Assembly (NCBI GenBank): GCA_035084275.1
Contig: CM068744.1
Location: 75,020,001-75,084,000, forward strand
Source of the DNA: Hydrolagus colliei
Lineage: Eukaryota
Direction of reading: 5' to 3'
Length of the DNA stretch: 64,000 nt
Every line of letters begins with the position of its first letter. Position 1 is the stretch's first letter. A model generated the notes under the pieces. The model did no database searches and was not told the DNA's origin. It was given only the letters and a program-made list of their open reading frames with translations. Made by a program: the position numbers and the translations under genes. Positions 61,949-64,000 of the stretch are shown here, one piece after another.

Positions 61949-62263
61949 TGGAGCTCTTGGAGTTCAGTGGTTAGAGCACTCACCTTACATGAGTGAGACC
62001 TGTGTTCGAATCCAGGCAGATCAGGGCAAAACCTTGGGCAAATTTCCTTACTCCACAGGCCTAATAAACCGTCCAAAAAACCCACAATGATAAAAATTGG
62101 TCATTTCAATCCACGACTATTTGTGGATATGTTGCTGTGCACAATTGGCTGCTGCGTTTCGCCCACAAATTTACAGTCAATTTACTTTACAGTATATTCT
62201 GTGAAGCACTTTGAGATCTCAATAAGATGTGAAAAGCGCTATATCAAATGCAAGGATTATTAA
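61949..62263 (+). mobile_element. Young tRNA-derived SINE (short variant)
   Basis: A box and GTTCGAATCC B box, body, tail. Confidence 0.9.
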
Positions 62264-64000
62264 TATATTGGGCAGGATTGGAGCCTTTGCTTACAGACCT
62301 AGCCATCTGCATAGTAACACCACTGGGATCTTCATGCCAGCTGTACTCATCGACTTCATTGCCAAACAAAATCCTCCCCTCACCTGCAGTACCACACTAG
62401 TTGGCCCCCAAATGCTTTATGTCTCTGAACATTATTTAATAACTGTGACTGTGAGGCCGGTTCTGATGCTGTTATCCTCAAGGGCTACTCTCACATGTAC
62501 TATGCATGAAGAAAGGAGGGCAGAGGTTGCATTGTCAAGCTCAGTCTCTAACTGCTGCTGTAACGTTCTTATATTGAATTATTAATTCACTGAAGGCCAA
62601 CAGGTTAAATGTCCACATTAGGTATCTATTATAAATATGCAAACATCTAAAAAAAAACCTTGTATTTTCCAGCTGCCGTGTGCTGGTATACATACAGTAC
62701 AGAGTTTCAATTCAGCAGCTTTCACTGGGTATTTTGTAATGTCATTGTGGCTCAATTGGTAACTTGCTCACAGTTTAAAAAGTGGTGGTTTCCAACCACA
62801 AATTTGCTTATAGTTTAGTCTGGATCATTGATGGAGGTTCCATCCTTTGGATGAGACAATTAAATGAAGGTCCCATTTGCTTGTCTTTCAATGGGCGTTG
62901 AAGATCCCATGGCACTATTCCGAAAGAGAAGATAGGTTCTCTTGGTGTCCTGGCCGACAATGCCCCTGATTACTGTAATTGGTTTTTCACCTAATAAACA
63001 GGCAGAGAGTTCCTCACCTGAAAGGTGGGACTGTGATGTTGCATCCTCCCCTACCCAACCCTACACTGCAACATTGTCAGCATTGACTGACCTTACGTCT
63101 GGAAGTGAGATTTCAACCTACTACCTTCTTTTTCATAGACACGGGAGGTTGCAACCAGAGCGTTGAGATTGGGGCCCATGAAATAGCTTTCAACCCAATT
63201 TATGAGCTCCTAAACTAAGATTGGCGTGAGCTTGGCGTCAAAGCAATATCCTAGCCAACCCCCTGAATAAGAAAGTTGCATAAAAGTATATCGCTGAATG
63301 AATAAAGACTGCCTTGTGCGTTCTTCCTGCCTGCCTGGCTTATTCGCTCTGTATTCTGGGCAAGCCCTGTACTGTTTCTTAGTCACAAGTAATAAACCTC
63401 ATCAATCTGTGGAGCATTTCATAATCCTGTAGGTCACTGTGCTGTCCCTGTAGGGTTTCACATATTGGTCTGTAATGACAATGATATTCCCAGTAGGACC
63501 TAAGCTGTAAGTAAACCCAAGGCATCTGGAATCACATTACACAACAGTTATTCTTCCTGCAATTCAACCGTTGTATAAATTTATGTGGTTAATTATCTGA
63601 AGTGTCAGTAAAACTACAATACCAATCAACAGACCCATTCTAAATGAATTTCTAGGCATTCCTATTGAAATGCACTCTGACCTCACTATAAAATTGACCT
63701 TGGGATCTGGGTAAGCAGATAGATGCCTGGTGTACCAAATATATGGTGAAACAACAAAATCGTGCCAAAATCAATCTGGGTGTGAAACATTGGCTGTCCA
63801 GCATCTTGGAATGTCCTCCTGACGTGAAAGGCGCCATACAAGTGTAATTTTGTTGTTATTGTAGGCCCCCTGTACCAAAGTTATCACTGTAAGTAGCACC
63901 TTTGTTTCACGGGGGGATGGTGTATTATTAATAATAATAATCTTTGCTTTTGATATAGTGTATTATCATGTCTATACATTATACTGTAAAGTGAACTGAT

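Noticed and set aside
53259-64000. Next SMYD3 exon (exon 11 equivalent, expected motif like VMKVGKLQ)
   Set aside because: Not found by eye; probably beyond the window, though a miss or a location in the gap cannot be excluded.

Overview
Vertebrate genomic DNA, most likely a cartilaginous fish; the repeat families resemble those of holocephalans such as Callorhinchus (inference). The whole window lies inside one + strand gene, the lysine methyltransferase SMYD3. Five internal coding exons are present (68, 103, 111, 88 and 175 bp), matching human exons 6-10 as I recall them. They splice in frame and encode the C-terminal SET half, the post-SET zinc site and the start of the TPR-like CTD. The intron between the last two exons is a clear U12-type (minor spliceosome) GT-AG intron. 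The rest is intron dense with decayed and nested transposons: L2 and CR1 LINE fragments, a young tRNA-headed SINE in two length variants, older Deu-type SINEs, Penelope-like termini with minimal hammerhead ribozyme remnants, hAT and Tc1/pogo MITEs with readable TIRs and TSDs, microsatellites and one assembly gap. No prokaryote-style system (CRISPR, operon) is present, and almost all ORFs in the supplied track are spurious or TE-derived. The most interesting signals are the U12 intron, the hammerhead remnants, a perfect 57-bp palindrome at a broken hAT end, and locally templated duplications at LINE 5' junctions, one of which preserves a pre-insertion site.
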